Source of the DNA: an uncultured Gammaproteobacteria bacterium
GTDB taxonomy: Bacteria; Pseudomonadota; Gammaproteobacteria; CAWCPV01
Assembly (NCBI GenBank): GCA_963797555.1
Contig: CAWCPV010000004.1
Span: 544,001 to 608,000, forward strand
Length of the DNA stretch: 64,000 nucleotides
Direction of reading: 5' to 3'
Position 1 is the stretch's first letter. The number at the start of each line of letters is the position of its first letter. A program made the position numbers and the translations under genes. This document shows, piece by piece, positions 42,062 through 54,070 of the stretch. Below the pieces are notes generated by a model. The model did no database searches. It saw nothing but the letters and a program-made list of their open reading frames with translations, and was not told the origin of the DNA.

Positions 42062-42167
42062 CCGGGGCGCGGAGCAGCGGCGGGCGGAGGTCGGCGATTA
42101 AAGTGGGCCAGCCCCCTCCATTTCGAGGCGGAGGGAGCCAGCCCGATAGGGATGAGGGAGAGGCTTA

Positions 42168-42422
42168 CTAGTTCAGGCCGCAGAAGCCGCCCCCACAGCA
42201 GCTTCCCGTGTCGCACGCCGGGGCCTCCTTGCGGCCGCTGGAGCCCGTGATGACGTAGCCCCCGGTGATGAGCTGCTGGACGGGGCTATCTGCTGGCGTA
42301 TCACCCGGGTCGATGCCCGTGCGCCGACACAGCTCGCCCCAGCTCGCCACGGCCTCGTTCATGCCGTGCCTGACCTCCACGACGCGCCCGTTGGCTTCAC
42401 ACCGATAATCGTAACTGGGCAT
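42168..42422 (-). CDS. FmdB-family zinc-ribbon protein
   Basis: MPSYDYRC, Cys-rich tail CDTGSCCGGGFC; GGAGG RBS. Confidence 0.8.
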   Translation of the reverse strand: MPSYDYRCEANGRVVEVRHGMNEAVASWGELCRRTGIDPGDTPADSPVQQLITGGYVITGSSGRKEAPACDTGSCCGGGFCGLN

Positions 42423-42819
42423 AGCTTCCTCCGCACATCGGAAACTCTGATAAGAACCGACGGCCACTCCCTGTGCACGTCCTTGCGCATCGAGCGCTGG
42501 CTCCGGTCACAGGGGTATCGCCTCAATCACCGTCTTCGTCGCAACCCGACCCCTGCCGACAGCGAGCGCGGCGAATCAGCGCCCTATATTAGTAGGTTCT
42601 GATACGCCAAGCAAATGGGAGGCATATCCGCAGTGCCTTCCCATCTCGCCGGCCAGGACCCACGCCATGCCGAAGCCACGTGTCCGCACTGCACGGCAGC
42701 GCATCCTCCCTCAGCTTGCGAGATCGCCCAGAGGCCGCCCAACCAATGTCCTCCAATCAGCCGGGACGCGCCCTGTCATGATCCTGACGCATTTCCGTCC
42801 GTAGACTTCAAAGTTACCC

Positions 42820-43722
42820 TTGCTGCTACGACGACTTCTACCTTCTTTGGCCGACGAAGCCTCGCGAGTCCGACCGCTTCAGCCGGTGACCGGAGAACGC
42901 CCGAGCGCGGTGTTCTTCCTCACCGTCGCCTACTTCTTCGTCGAACTCATCGGCGGTCTTCATTACCACAGCTTGGCCCTGGTCACGGACGCCGCCTTCA
43001 TGGCAATCAACGTGACGGGTCAGTTGATCGCGCTCGCTGCGTTGCGTCTCAGCGAGAAGCCGGCGGACGCAAGGCACACGTTCGGGCACGAGCGCGTCAA
43101 GGTGCTGTCGGGTCTGTTCAACGGTATCCTGGTGGGATTCGTGGTGTTCTATGTGTTCGCGGACGCGTACCAAAAGATCCGACAGCTGCAGCCGATCGCC
43201 GCCGACAAGGTGCTGTTCATCGCCGTGTTGGGCTTGGCGGTCAACGGCTTCGGGCTCACCGCACTGCGGCCCGCATGCGAAGGACATCAACGTGCGCGGG
43301 GCGTTCCTGCTCATCCTCAACGATGCCTTGGGATCGGTGGGCGTGATCACCTCCTCGGTGGTCATCCGCTATACGGGGCTGTATGTGGTGGATGCCCTCA
43401 CCGGCGTCCTTATCAGCCTACTGGTGGCCTATCCCACCTACTTCCTGGTGCGCGACACGTTGCATATCCTGATGGAGGGGAATCCCTCCGGTACCACCGT
43501 GGACAGCGTGGAAAGCTACATCCGGAGCCGGTTCCCGCACATCCACCAAGTGAAAGACCTGCGCATCTGGGCATCACGCCCGACAAGGTTCTGCTCGCGG
43601 TGCGTGTCCGGACCGACGGAGAGGTGGCCAGCCGCGCCAGGGTCAGGGCGATGAAGGAGCATCTCAAACAACAGTTCGGGCTCTATGACGTCTATGTAGA
43701 GGCATACGAAGACGAAGCGTGA
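42820..43722 (+). CDS. Cation diffusion facilitator (CzcD/ZitB-like), frameshifted
   Basis: ELIGG..SLALVTDA, HTFGHER, DINVRGAFL..LNDALGS, ILMEG.P. Confidence 0.8.
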   Translation: MLLRRLLPSLADEASRVRPLQPVTGERPSAVFFLTVAYFFVELIGGLHYHSLALVTDAAFMAINVTGQLIALAALRLSEKPADARHTFGHERVKVLSGLFNGILVGFVVFYVFADAYQKIRQLQPIAADKVLFIAVLGLAVNGFGLTALRPACEGHQRARGVPAHPQRCLGIGGRDHLLGGHPLYGAVCGGCPHRRPYQPTGGLSHLLPGARHVAYPDGGESLRYHRGQRGKLHPEPVPAHPPSERPAHLGITPDKVLLAVRVRTDGEVASRARVRAMKEHLKQQFGLYDVYVEAYEDEA

Positions 43723-43774
43723 GCGGTCCGGTCTCCATTTCGGCTGCCGCGACACTGCGGCGCGCATTCCTGTC

Positions 43775-44217
43775 TTGATAGTCCAGAGGATAGCTGCGTT
43801 GGCGGCGGACGTTGATCTCCCACTGAACGTCCATTCGCGCTCGGCCGGATACCAGAGCAGCGATCTCTTTCTCCAAGGGGATGCCCGGCGCGTGCTCATG
43901 AACGCTTTCGACGGCAAGGTCGGACCCGCGATCCTAACTGCCGAGGCGGGGTACGTCTTTTCCTTCCCGCCTCGGTGGTGCGCTCTGAGCAGAAGTAGCG
44001 GCTCGTGTGCCGCCCTTGGACAGGGACTCCGGTGCTGGGCCCAGAACGCGGCGTGCGCAACGAGCCCGCCAACGTCGGACTTGTGCTTGACTTCATCGCC
44101 AAGGCTCATGACGTATCGCCGGAACGCGCAGCGCAGGTGATCCGGGACGCGGCGACGCATCTGTTCCCGATGGCGCGGACCGTGCTGCAGGGAAGGCTAA
44201 CCGGCGCTCCCGACTGA
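43775..44217 (+). pseudogene. TatD-family hydrolase remnant
   Basis: DLPLNVHSRSAG, VL..FDGK, GYVFSFPP, PVLGP..RNEPANV across frames; N-terminus missing. Confidence 0.6.
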
Positions 44218-44643
44218 AGCAATGGCAATTTGGCGTCCTTACAGGCCTGCAACCTCCGTCTGATTCTCCCGATGATTCCATCGGGTCGAAGTGGTTACTT
44301 AAATTAGGCCCGGGAAGATTCGTCTGAGGGGTCTGTTGGCTCCTCGACTGGACCGGACTCCCGGTCCTGTACCCCCAAAGGCCGGGCCTCCGGTATAGTG
44401 ATTCATTCGGGGATGGGCGTGAGGCTCGTGCGCAAGCTATGCAGTCGCGCTGCGCCACCCATTGAATCGCCTGGCAACGGCCGTCCGGATGATCGAGAGG
44501 GAGCGAACGACCAACCTTGTCTGAGGACGCGCGGTACTGGGCCGAGCCGCAGCAAATGAGATCCCCGCTTTGGTCTGCGGCTCCTTGGGGGATGCCCCGC
44601 CTGGGCAGCAGTGAGGTGACCGCCTCGTCACAGGGACCCAAGA

Positions 44644-45036
44644 GTGGCTGAGCTCCATCACATCGATGAGCTGCGCCGCGCCAAGACGGCGGGTGCGGTC
44701 ATGCAGGTGCTGGATGCGTGGGGCGTCCAGCCCGAGCATCAGATGTTGCTCCTGGGCTTTCCGGACGACACCAAGCTGCGCACCCTCAACCGCTTCCGCA
44801 GAGGAATGGCTCTTCCGAAACAGGGGGAGACGGCGGAGCGAGTAAGCTATCTTCTCATCATCGACAGAGCCGCTCACTCGATGTATCCGCACAGCGCCGT
44901 TGCGGCGAACTGCTGGGTTACCACCGCCAACCCCTATTTCAACGGCAGAAGTCCCCTGGAAATCATGCTCCTCTCCGGCCTAGCCGGGATGCGCTGGGTC
45001 GTCGAGCACCTGGAAGGGTCGAGCCCTTGGGGCTGA
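44644..45036 (+). CDS. Xre/MbcA/ParS (DUF2384-like) antitoxin-domain protein
   Basis: VLDAWGV..Q..LLG HTH-like region; W...NPYFNGRSPLEIML C-terminal motif. Confidence 0.7.
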   Translation: MAELHHIDELRRAKTAGAVMQVLDAWGVQPEHQMLLLGFPDDTKLRTLNRFRRGMALPKQGETAERVSYLLIIDRAAHSMYPHSAVAANCWVTTANPYFNGRSPLEIMLLSGLAGMRWVVEHLEGSSPWG

Positions 45037-45267
45037 AGGCACGCGTGCGGGTAAGGAAGCCATACCGGGAATCGGCACGCGCGCGGCGAAGGGTCGATGT
45101 GGTCGTAGACAGCCGATGCCTACGGCGAAGAAGCGGTGAATGCTGTTGAGCATATCTGCTGCGCGTCCGGATCGCCGTGTTGCGCGGTGGTCATGGCGTA
45201 CTTCCCTGTACACCACCCCTTTGGGGTCTCCCGAGGACCCCGGACCGTCGCCCCCAAGGCGGGCGCT

Positions 45268-45660
45268 TCAAAACTTGGCGCTGTGCGCGGTGCGGTCGAT
45301 GGCGTCCCGGATCCGCTGCAGCAACTCGTCGGGGTCGAACGGCTTCTCCATCATGTGTAGGACCGCGTCCGACAGGGCGCGCGAGGTCGACCCAATGTCT
45401 CCGTGCCCAGTCAAGATGATGATGGGGATCCTGCGGCCCTCCCGGGCCAGATGCGCCTGCAGCTCCAACCCACTCATGCCAGGCATGCGCAGGTCGAGCA
45501 GCAGGCATCCGGGCCGATCGTTGCGATAGCTGTCCAGGAATGCCTCCGCGGAGCCGTAGGTCTCGACGCGCAGGCCCTTGGATTCGATCAGGTAGCGCAG
45601 AGAATCCCGGACCGGCTCTTCGTCGTCCACGACGAACACGGTGGGCTCAACTGCTGCCAC
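45268..45660 (-). CDS. FixJ-like response regulator receiver domain
   Basis: VFVVDDE, CLLLDLRMPGMSGLEL, ILTGHGD, KPF. Confidence 0.85.
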   Translation of the reverse strand: MAAVEPTVFVVDDEEPVRDSLRYLIESKGLRVETYGSAEAFLDSYRNDRPGCLLLDLRMPGMSGLELQAHLAREGRRIPIIILTGHGDIGSTSRALSDAVLHMMEKPFDPDELLQRIRDAIDRTAHSAKF

Positions 45661-47776
45661 TGTCGGTACCCTCTTTCGCGGGCAAGACGAAAGAGAATGT
45701 GGCTCCGCCGCTCGGGTTCGGCGCTGGCGAAAGCTGCCCCTCGTGGGCCTCGATGATCGAACGGCTGATGGACAGTCCCATGCCCATGCCGCTCGACTTC
45801 GTGGTAAAGAAGGGTTGAAACAGATGCTGCTGGACCTCGGGTGCCAGACCTGGACCGGTGTCGGCCACGGCCACCTCGATAAATCCGCCTTCCCCGACCG
45901 CAGTGCGCAAGGTGATCTGGCGGCGAGGACCCTGCATGGCCTCGATGGCATTGCGCACGAGGTTCACCATGACTTGCTCGATCTGAATCGCATCCGCCAT
46001 GACCGGTGGCAGTGAGCTATCCAGGACTATGTCGACGCTTACTAGATGATGCCTGGCAGGGGTTGATTGAGCTCGTGCGCGATGTCGCTGGCCATCTGTC
46101 CCATGAGGCTGAGGCGGGCGACGTGGGCTAGGGCGGCGCGGTGCTGCCTCGACACCTCTTCGGCGCGAACGCGCTGTGTCACATCGAGCGCGATTCCCAC
46201 CACACTGGCCGCCAGCTCACCGGCCTCGCCGAGCTTGACCTTAACGATATCCAGCTCGTGCATGTCGCCGTCCGCAAAGGTCAACCCCCGTCGGGCGTGA
46301 CAGGGGACGTTCTCGTGCAAACAGTCCGTGCCCGAATCTCGCCAAGAGGCGAAGCTGTTGTCGTACCGCCCAGGCTGCCCCGCAGATTCCACCAGCCAGG
46401 ACTCCGGTAGCCCCAGCCAATCACACAAGGTGGCATTGGCAAACCGGAGGTTGCCTTGCGGTCCCACCATCCAGATGCCGATAGGAGCGTTGTCCAAGAC
46501 CGCGCGCAGTGTGGTTCGTTCGCGCAACAGCTCCCTCTCGATGTGCTCGCGTCGGGACACCTCTTCCTCGAGGCGCGCCTTGGCCGCAGTCAACCCCGCC
46601 GTCCGCTCCTTCACGCGCAGCTCCAGCTCGTCGCGCGCCTTGCGCAGGGTGTCCTCCGCGCGCTTACGCTCGACCGCGGCCCCCAGCACGTGGGCGACGG
46701 ACTGCATGAAGTTCACGTCGTCCGTGCTGAACGATCGCCGTTCTGCGCTATGAGCACCGAGCACCCCAAAAGGCCGGTCGGGGCCGCGGATGGCGACGCT
46801 GACTCCGCTCACGATCCCGTGGTCATGGAGCAGGGCTGGACCGTGGAAACGCGTCTCTGCGCTCAGATCCTCCACAACGACGGCATCGTCCGACATGAGT
46901 GTGAAGCCTGCCTGAGACTCCCGGCCGGCAATGACCGTCGCCTGCTCGACATATCCCTCCTTCCAGCCCGTTCCGGCGCGCAGCAGCAGGTTCTCGCCGT
47001 CCGGCAGGAGCTCCAGCACCTTGGCGTAGGGTGTTTGAAGCCCTTCGGCCACCGCCTCCACGGCGGCCGAAAACAGCGTGTCCAGCCTCATTCCAGTGAG
47101 TGCGATCTGCCCGAGGCGGGCCACGGCCGCTTGCTGCCGGGCGCGGGCCGCCAAGGTCTCTGCTGCCCTCTTGCTCTCCGTCATGTCCGCCACGATGGCG
47201 AAGACGCCCTGGACCATGTCGCCTTTGGTGCGGTGCGGCACGCAGTTGGCGTGTATATAGCGTCTGACGCCGTCGGGGTAAGGCGCCCAGCACTCGAAGG
47301 TTACCTCCTCTCCGGCCAGGGCCGCTTGCAGGTGACCGCCGACGGCTGCGTAGCCTTCCTCGCCCAAGGTTTCCCTCACCCGCCTCCCGTAGAGGTCATC
47401 GAGTGGACGCTGAAACCGAGATCTCGTACTGCCGGTTGTTGAAACGGTAGCGCTCTTGGGCGTCGATGTAGCTGATGAGGACAGGCAGGGAGTCCGTCGC
47501 CAGGCGCAGCATCTCCTCCGCCTCTCGCCGCTCCGTCACGTCCATGAGAGCGCTGTGGACCACCGCGGCGTTGCGCCGACGGTCCCATGCGGAAAGGCTT
47601 TCCACCCGCACCCTGAGCGGCTTGGCTGGCAGCCCTCCGATGTTGACCTCCACGACGTGTTGACCGCCCGTGCCGCAGGTCTCCTTCAGGTGTCTGGCAA
47701 AATCAGGTTGGTCCTCTTTGGCGAGAAACCGGGAGAACGTGCCCCCTCGCAGCAGGGAGGGGTCGGTTCCGAGCAT
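45647..47776 (-). pseudogene. PAS/GAF sensor histidine kinase, fragmented
   Basis: PAS (SYIDAQERYRFNN), GAF, H-box IAHELNQPL then stop; separate ATPase part (NLVRNAIEAM, DTGPG, FFTTK, GMGLSI). Confidence 0.8.
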
Positions 47777-47936
47777 GCTGTGCGTTCTCTGCTCAACGTG
47801 ATGGAGGGGGCGTTACGGTGCGGCCGAGAGCAAGCCGCACGGAGCGCAGCGACGAGAGATATCCCAGTGGACTGGCGAGGAGCGAGCCGCGCTCGACGCC
47901 GCTATCAGGACGCGCAGCAGATTTGTTCACAAGCTG

Positions 47937-48551
47937 TTACTGCTCACCGGCGAGCCGCCGAAGGTCGCCGGAGATCGTGTCGACGGAGTCGGTGGGCTGG
48001 GCAAGGAGGCGGACGTTCCCTTTGCGGTCGAAGATGAACACCGCGCTGCTATGAGATACGGCGTAGTCGCCGTGGGTATCCGGCTTGTCGAGGCTATAGG
48101 CCACCCGATAGCGCTTGGTGAGCGTCCGCAGCGCGCCCTCGCTGCCCTTCAATCCCACGAACTGGGGTCCGAACGCCTTGACATACTTCCTAAGTAGCTC
48201 CGGGGTGTCGCGGTCCGGGTCCACCGTCACGAACAGGACCCGTACCGCGTCGGCGGTCGGCCCGAGTTGCTTGAGTACCATGGACAACTTGGCGAGGGTC
48301 GTGGGGCAAACGTCAGGGCAATGCGTGTAGCCGAAGTACAGCAGCACGACCCGGCCGCGGAAGTCGGCGGCCTTTACCGTCTGGTCGTGCTCGGTGGTCA
48401 GGTCGAACTGCAAAGGTGGCATCAATCCGGAGATATTCGTCAGGCCCCAGGGTTCTTCGTGGGTGCAGCCCGCGGCCGCGGCGAGCAGCGCCAAGACTGC
48501 TGCCCGCCAAGCCGGGCGCAGATCAGGACTGTTCATGGACTGCTCTCTCAC
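47937..48551 (-). CDS. SCO1/SenC family copper chaperone
   Basis: YFGYTHCPDVCP, TVDPDRD, HSS. Confidence 0.93.
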   Translation of the reverse strand: MREQSMNSPDLRPAWRAAVLALLAAAAGCTHEEPWGLTNISGLMPPLQFDLTTEHDQTVKAADFRGRVVLLYFGYTHCPDVCPTTLAKLSMVLKQLGPTADAVRVLFVTVDPDRDTPELLRKYVKAFGPQFVGLKGSEGALRTLTKRYRVAYSLDKPDTHGDYAVSHSSAVFIFDRKGNVRLLAQPTDSVDTISGDLRRLAGEQ

Positions 48552-48991
48552 TGCGCCCCCGGGCGCTCGACTGTGAACTCGATCACCACCGACTGGCCGG
48601 CGTCAAAACGGAGCCTGATCGGCACGTGTTCGCCGACTTCAAGCTCCTTCCGGCGCCCAACGAGCATCAGATGATAGCCGCCAGGGCGAAACTGGACGGT
48701 GGTCCCCGGCTCGACCTCGACCTCCCCGACCGGCAGCATCCGCGCCATGTGGTGGTCCTCTACGCTGCGGTGCATGTGAATGCGCGCGAAGGCTGGACTG
48801 TCCGCACCGAGCAGGCGCAGGGGCTGTGCGCCCGCGTCGGTCAGATCAAAATAGCCCGCCAGCGGCAGGTCTCCCGGCAGCAGGGAGATCCGAGGGTGCG
48901 CGACTGTCACTTCTAGTCCGGCCGCGTGGGCAGCAGCTATCGCCACCGCGAGCAGCGTGACTAGCGCGTAGCGCAGCGGAGGCTGCTTCAC
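48548..48991 (-). CDS. PCu(A)C copper chaperone
   Basis: Signal peptide, HMH...M, PGGYHLML. Confidence 0.88.
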   Translation of the reverse strand: MKQPPLRYALVTLLAVAIAAAHAAGLEVTVAHPRISLLPGDLPLAGYFDLTDAGAQPLRLLGADSPAFARIHMHRSVEDHHMARMLPVGEVEVEPGTTVQFRPGGYHLMLVGRRKELEVGEHVPIRLRFDAGQSVVIEFTVERPGAQ

Positions 48992-49057
48992 GGCTGGTTC
49001 GAGACCAGAGGGCGACCAGAGCGATGCGGCTCCTCCGCGGCTGCTCCGACGACCGCT

Positions 49058-49937
49058 TTACGGGGCACTTTGCTGTGCGGCGCACGCGGGCATGCGCATC
49101 GCGTCTGCGCTGTCCCTGCTTCGTGTCTCGTGAATCCACAGCCGAAGCACCACCAACCCGGCTATGACGCTCATCATGCTGGAGGGGATCCAGGTAATGA
49201 GGCCGCCGATCTCCTGGTCGACCAGAGGGCTGATTGGCCACGCTCGGCCGCACACGTTATAGACATCGTACAGTGGAGCGTTGCGGAACGTGATGTACGC
49301 CCCGAGCGCGATCTGAGAGAGCATCGCTGCCCACAGGATGAGGATCCGCGTACCGTATCCCATGACCCCCGGAGTGTCGGGCGAGCGGCGATCGAGCATC
49401 ACCCACCAGAACAGCAACCCGTCGATGACCATGCTCCAGTTCATGGCCTGATAGCGGTCCAGGCTCAGCATTGCCGCGAAGTGGATCGAGGGAGACAGCC
49501 AAAAGTAGATCAGGCCCACGAACAGCAAGGGGGCGACCACCGGCCCCTGCACAAAACGGTAGAGGTGCTGCGTCAAGGAGTTGCGCCACAGCGGGACGAA
49601 TACGCGGTCCTTCACGGGCAGCGGTACCCCGCGTGACATCACCGCCTGGGGCTGGGAGACCGCCACCAGGAAAGGACCCATGTGGTGAAGCACCAGGTGC
49701 TGGGCCCGATGGACCCAGAACATGTGCTGGGACACATAGTCGAGGTAAGACTGGAGCGCCAGGTAGACTAGCGCCAAACCCAGCGTGAATGCCGCCGCCG
49801 GCCACGTTCCGACCGCCTGACCCTCGCTCCGCAAGCGTGCCGCCCCGCGCATGTATACTGCGCCTGCTAGCAGGCAGGAACGTCAGCACGATGGGGGAGA
49901 ACTCCCACGGCGTGAGAACGTCAGCGACAGATGGCAT
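49058..49937 (-). CDS. Cytochrome c oxidase assembly factor, CtaG (caa3) family; frameshift near 49865
   Basis: HMFWVHRAQHLVLHH, GLLFWW, DQEIGGLITWIP. Confidence 0.85.
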
Positions 49938-50795
49938 AAGCCGTGACTCCGTCGCGGCGAGCGCGACCGCCGTCGTTAGCAGTATAGACGTCCCTGCCGG
50001 GCCGTCGATCTCTTCGATCTCTCCACTGGCCGAGGGCGCCGATTAACCGGGGCGCCGCGCAATACGGCGAAGGGAGCGCTGGCCCGCGAGCAGCCCACGG
50101 ACTGGCTTGTGCTCCCGTTTCGGCCGAGACTGGGCGCCACGGCGGCATAGCCGCAGGCCAGCGTTGCATCAAGAGCAGGTCGAAAAACCCGCTCTTCCTC
50201 ACGGAGAGGGCAGGAGAGAGGGAAATCGCAAACATCTAGCCTGTCGATATGTTCGGCTGCGCGTCTGGCTGTCTGCCTTAACGGAGAGGCGACGTCTCGG
50301 ATTCTCGAAATGTCCTCAAGACATCTGGCGCAGGCTCAGGCAGGACGGGCCGCGACATTGCAACAATTGTAACATCGGCAGCATGAAGTCAACGTCAAGG
50401 GCGCCCCCTGCGGGGAGGACATTCCCCAGGGTTCCCTAAGAGGGGCCAAAGACGGCGCGCCGGTTGCGGGAGCGCTTCGACTCCGTGGAGGAGATGTACG
50501 CGCGACCGCACCAGGCATCCGCCGGAGCCGTACACGTGGCCGTGTTGCCAGAGACGACCGGGCTGCTCGATCCCGAGCGGTGGTCGTCTACTTGCGGCGC
50601 CTCGGCTTGCTCCATGATGGAAGAGGGAGTTGGGGGGCTGCCCGACGTTTTTCTTTCGGATGATGAAGCTCGCCTCGACGCGAAGCCGTTCCCTGGGAAC
50701 GCCGACCTTCAGCCACTCTAGTTGGCGGGCGAATACCGCGAGACCGGGTGCCTCGGCTTGGTGGGCCCCTGGCCTACCGAGAGCGAGCACACACG

Positions 50796-50828
50796 AAAAG
50801 GCCCCTGATCCAGGCCAGGACCAGGGGC
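50796..50828 (-). terminator. Rho-independent terminator downstream of hsp20
   Basis: Minus strand gcccctggtc-loop-gatcaggggc followed by CTTTT. Confidence 0.6.
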
Positions 50829-50884
50829 GCTGGCTGCAGGCGCTAAGCGAACCTCAGCACCGCACAGTGGCGACGGGTGTTACC

Positions 50885-51416
50885 TCAGCCCTCCTCGATT
50901 GCGATACGGCGGGGCTTGGCGCCCTCGACCTTCGGCAGCCGGATCTCGAGGATGCCGTCCTTGTAAAGGACCTTGCACTTCTCCACGTCGACTGCCACCG
51001 GCAGCGGGATAGTGCGCGAGAACCCGCCGTAAGTCATCTCACGGTGCACGTACTCGCCCTTTTCCTGTTCGGTTGCCTCGTGGTGCAGTGCACCGCGGAT
51101 GGTTACCGTATCCTCGGTCACAGGAGACGTTGAGATCGTCCTTCTTCACGCCCGGCACCTCGGCCCGGAGATATATCTCGTCCTCGCGGTCGACCATATC
51201 GACACGAGGCATTCGGATTTCGAATGGCGTCAGCGCCAAGTCGCCGAGGGACGGCAACTCGAAGCGCCACGGACGCAGCCAACTGCGTGGCAACAACCGT
51301 TCGAACGTCCGCTCCATTTCCTCGAAGGGACTCAGCATCTGGCCCCAGTGCCTCTGTAGGCCGCGACCCTTTTCTTCCTTCGTTTCCGGAGTGTGAAGCT
51401 TCTCTTGCGTAGCCAT
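50885..51416 (-). CDS. Hsp20 small heat-shock protein; frameshift near 51120
   Basis: PRVDMVD..AEVPGV.KDDL; RE..YGGFSRTIPLP..V..YKDGILEIRLPK. Confidence 0.9.
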
Positions 51417-51767
51417 ATGCCCGCTCCTCTCGTTTCCGCAACGAGTCCTTGCTTAACTCCTCTCTCTATAATGTTAGACCACGCAGAGGCCCAAGATTCC
51501 CTCCCCACCACCGGCCGCTGTGCGACCATTTTCGCCTTAAACCAAAGGCTTGTCTTCCGGAGCTCCAGCTGACTCTCCGCTCAGGCGGCGAACGCTAAAC
51601 GGAAGCCGCACCGGTCGCGAGGGTTCCGAACGGCGCCCCGGTGAAGGGGTTCTCAAACTACTCATGGGCTAGCGGGAACCTGTCTGCAGAGGATGTCGGC
51701 GACGCATGGCCCGCCCTGTCGCGCGGTGTGTGCCTGGCACGGCTGGGGCGTAACGCCGGGACGAACG

Positions 51768-52016
51768 TCATGTCTGCTCTAGCCACTCCACCAAATAGTA
51801 CAGGTACTGGCCTTCTGAGGACTTGGAGGGCCCGATAACGCGCGCCGCATAGAAATGGCTCGCCGGATCGGCCCCAGCGAGGGCGGCCTCCGCGGAGTCC
51901 ACCACCCGCACACACCCCGCCGGAAAGCGATGACGGACGCGCCGCGGCGCGTAGATCACGGCACAACGTTCATCCGAGACATTGGTCTCCGGGTCCGGGG
52001 GGACTAACCCGCGCAT
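51768..52016 (-). CDS. Small conserved hypothetical protein
   Basis: VIYAPRR.R.RFP..CV, A.VIGPSKSSEG..YYLVEWL looks like a real protein; start inferred. Confidence 0.55.
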   Translation of the reverse strand: MRGLVPPDPETNVSDERCAVIYAPRRVRHRFPAGCVRVVDSAEAALAGADPASHFYAARVIGPSKSSEGQYLYYLVEWLEQT

Positions 52017-52420
52017 AGGTGCGCGCCCGCTCGCGTCAGACTGTATGGCCGCCCGGCAACCGGTCGCAGAGGTCGACAGGCTGACGGAAGAGCACGAAGC
52101 GCCCGTGCTCCAGGTCGACCCTTCGGAGTGGCGCCGTGACGGAGACCATCGTCGACGTGGCCCGGCACTGCGCTCTCTTGGTAGCACTCGCTCTTGTTCG
52201 CGTGGGTGACACAGCAGACGTCTCTGGGCGGTCGGTCGCGGGCAAACCGCCCCTTCCGGCACCTCCCGCCGGGACCGGGGGCCTGACTTCGTGTAGCAGG
52301 TATCGCTGGACATGGGGACACGGCGTCGGCTTGGCTTTCCCATTGTAGCCGAGACGGTGCGGCGCACCCACCCCGTGAGCCGGGCCCCGATGGTCTTAGG
52401 CTCTCCGAACTTGGCGGTCG

Positions 52421-53371
52421 CTACCTCAGGCCGTGGACCTCCCGCAGCCAACTGTAGACGAGGTCGGAAGTGCTGCGGATCGCATTCCCGCGGGAACTCA
52501 TCCACGTCCCATAGTCGCTCGCGCTCCCGTCTTTCTGGACGATGCCGATGAAGGTGTACGGATAGTTCCGACCGTCTCGTCCCTGAGGCACGAGGATACC
52601 CATGTTACCGCACAGCCGGGCGGTGGTCCCGGTCTTGTCGTAAACCAGGGTGCCTCGGGGAAGCTTTCGCGTACCGGTGTAAATGCGGTCGCGGTTCGGC
52701 AGGTGCATGAGGCGCTTGATCTCCGCGCAGTGAGGCAGCGCGTCGGTCCAAAGGGCGTAAAGGAAGCGGCTGTAGTCGTGGGCGGAGGCGAGGTTGCGGT
52801 ACGACCGTCCGTCAGGCGGAATGCGCTCCACAATGCGCGTTTGCCGAAAGATGCCCGGCGCGTGCCGCTTGAGGATGCGCTCCACCCGCGCCGGTCCGCC
52901 CAAGAGATGGATGATGCGATCGGTCGCCGCGTTGTCGCTGTCGCGGATCATCGCCTCCATGCGCCGCCGAATCTGTCGCGTGTAGCGCACGCGTGTGCTC
53001 TTTGAGTGCACCTGGTAGAAGAAAGCCAGGACCACGAAGGGCTTGATCATGCTGGCCGCCTGCAGCGGGTCGTCTTCGTTGATCGAGACGAGCTTGTGGC
53101 GGGTCGTGAAGTCGTAGACCGACCAGGCCGTAGCCTCGTCCGGCTCGATCACCCCTTGTCTGCGAAACGTCTGGATATGGGCGGCTACGCGCTCCGCCAG
53201 ACCCGGCGAGCGGCGCGGGGATGACTTCTTGGCGGGGGCTGGGGCGCCAGGCAGCCCGAGCACCGCAGTGCCGCCCGCAAGCGCGAACGTGGCCAGGAAG
53301 CGGCGCCGCGAAGGGTCTGGCAAGACCGACACCGGTGTCGATTCGCAAGGCGTATGGCTGGGGCGTCGCAC
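52421..53371 (-). CDS. Class A beta-lactamase-like serine hydrolase with Tat signal
   Basis: SRRRFL, SMIK (SxxK), SDN, KTGT. Confidence 0.85.
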   Translation of the reverse strand: MRRPSHTPCESTPVSVLPDPSRRRFLATFALAGGTAVLGLPGAPAPAKKSSPRRSPGLAERVAAHIQTFRRQGVIEPDEATAWSVYDFTTRHKLVSINEDDPLQAASMIKPFVVLAFFYQVHSKSTRVRYTRQIRRRMEAMIRDSDNAATDRIIHLLGGPARVERILKRHAPGIFRQTRIVERIPPDGRSYRNLASAHDYSRFLYALWTDALPHCAEIKRLMHLPNRDRIYTGTRKLPRGTLVYDKTGTTARLCGNMGILVPQGRDGRNYPYTFIGIVQKDGSASDYGTWMSSRGNAIRSTSDLVYSWLREVHGLR

Positions 53372-54070
53372 GTCGTCGGTTCTGGTGGCGGATGGCGGTG
53401 GCGTTCGTGGTTAAGCGTGCGCACGGATACCCTAACGGCCTGCTGCCGCCGGGTCAACCGCGGCGGGCTTGGAGTGCCGCCCCCCGCTATGATCCGCGAG
53501 ACGCCGTCTCCTGGGCGTCTCTCGTGCTGTGACGGATGGCCGGTGCCAGAAGTCCCGTACTCGCAGTCGATCCTCCATCACAAGCTAGAGACCGCGGAGG
53601 CTCAGGCTCGCTTCTGGTTTTGGATTTCGGGGGCACCATGAAGCGATCCCGCGCTCGGCTGCAAAGGTAGGACCTCTTGGTCCACCGTGGGGAAGCCCGG
53701 CTTTGCCGGAGGGATTCAATGAGGTTCGACCTCGGCCGCAGTCAATAGCTCGCTGGGGGCAGCCCGGCGGCTGGATGCTCTGTTGTGTGGCGAGGGCGAG
53801 GAGAACGTAATCCAACAGAAGGGCGCCCTGTGCGCTACCCTGTGGGTGTCCTCGGCTGCCGGCCGCGTGGGGCGGCTGAGGCTGTGGGAGCCGCTTTTAC
53901 GGGCTCGCCCAACAAGCCCGCCGTAGGCGGGATCCAGCTAGTTGAAGGCTTCAGAGTTGGTGAATTTTCGGTGTGGCGATGTCAGGCGAGTGTATAGTAG
54001 CAGTATAATCAACGGCTTGTAGGAGCGAAGCGTAGTTTCTTACAGGCTCTCAGACTGACGTCGGCCCGAG

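Noticed and set aside
53890-53950. Hairpin cccgccgtaggcggg as an IS200/IS605 or IscB end
   Set aside because: No associated transposase or nuclease sequence and no second end found.
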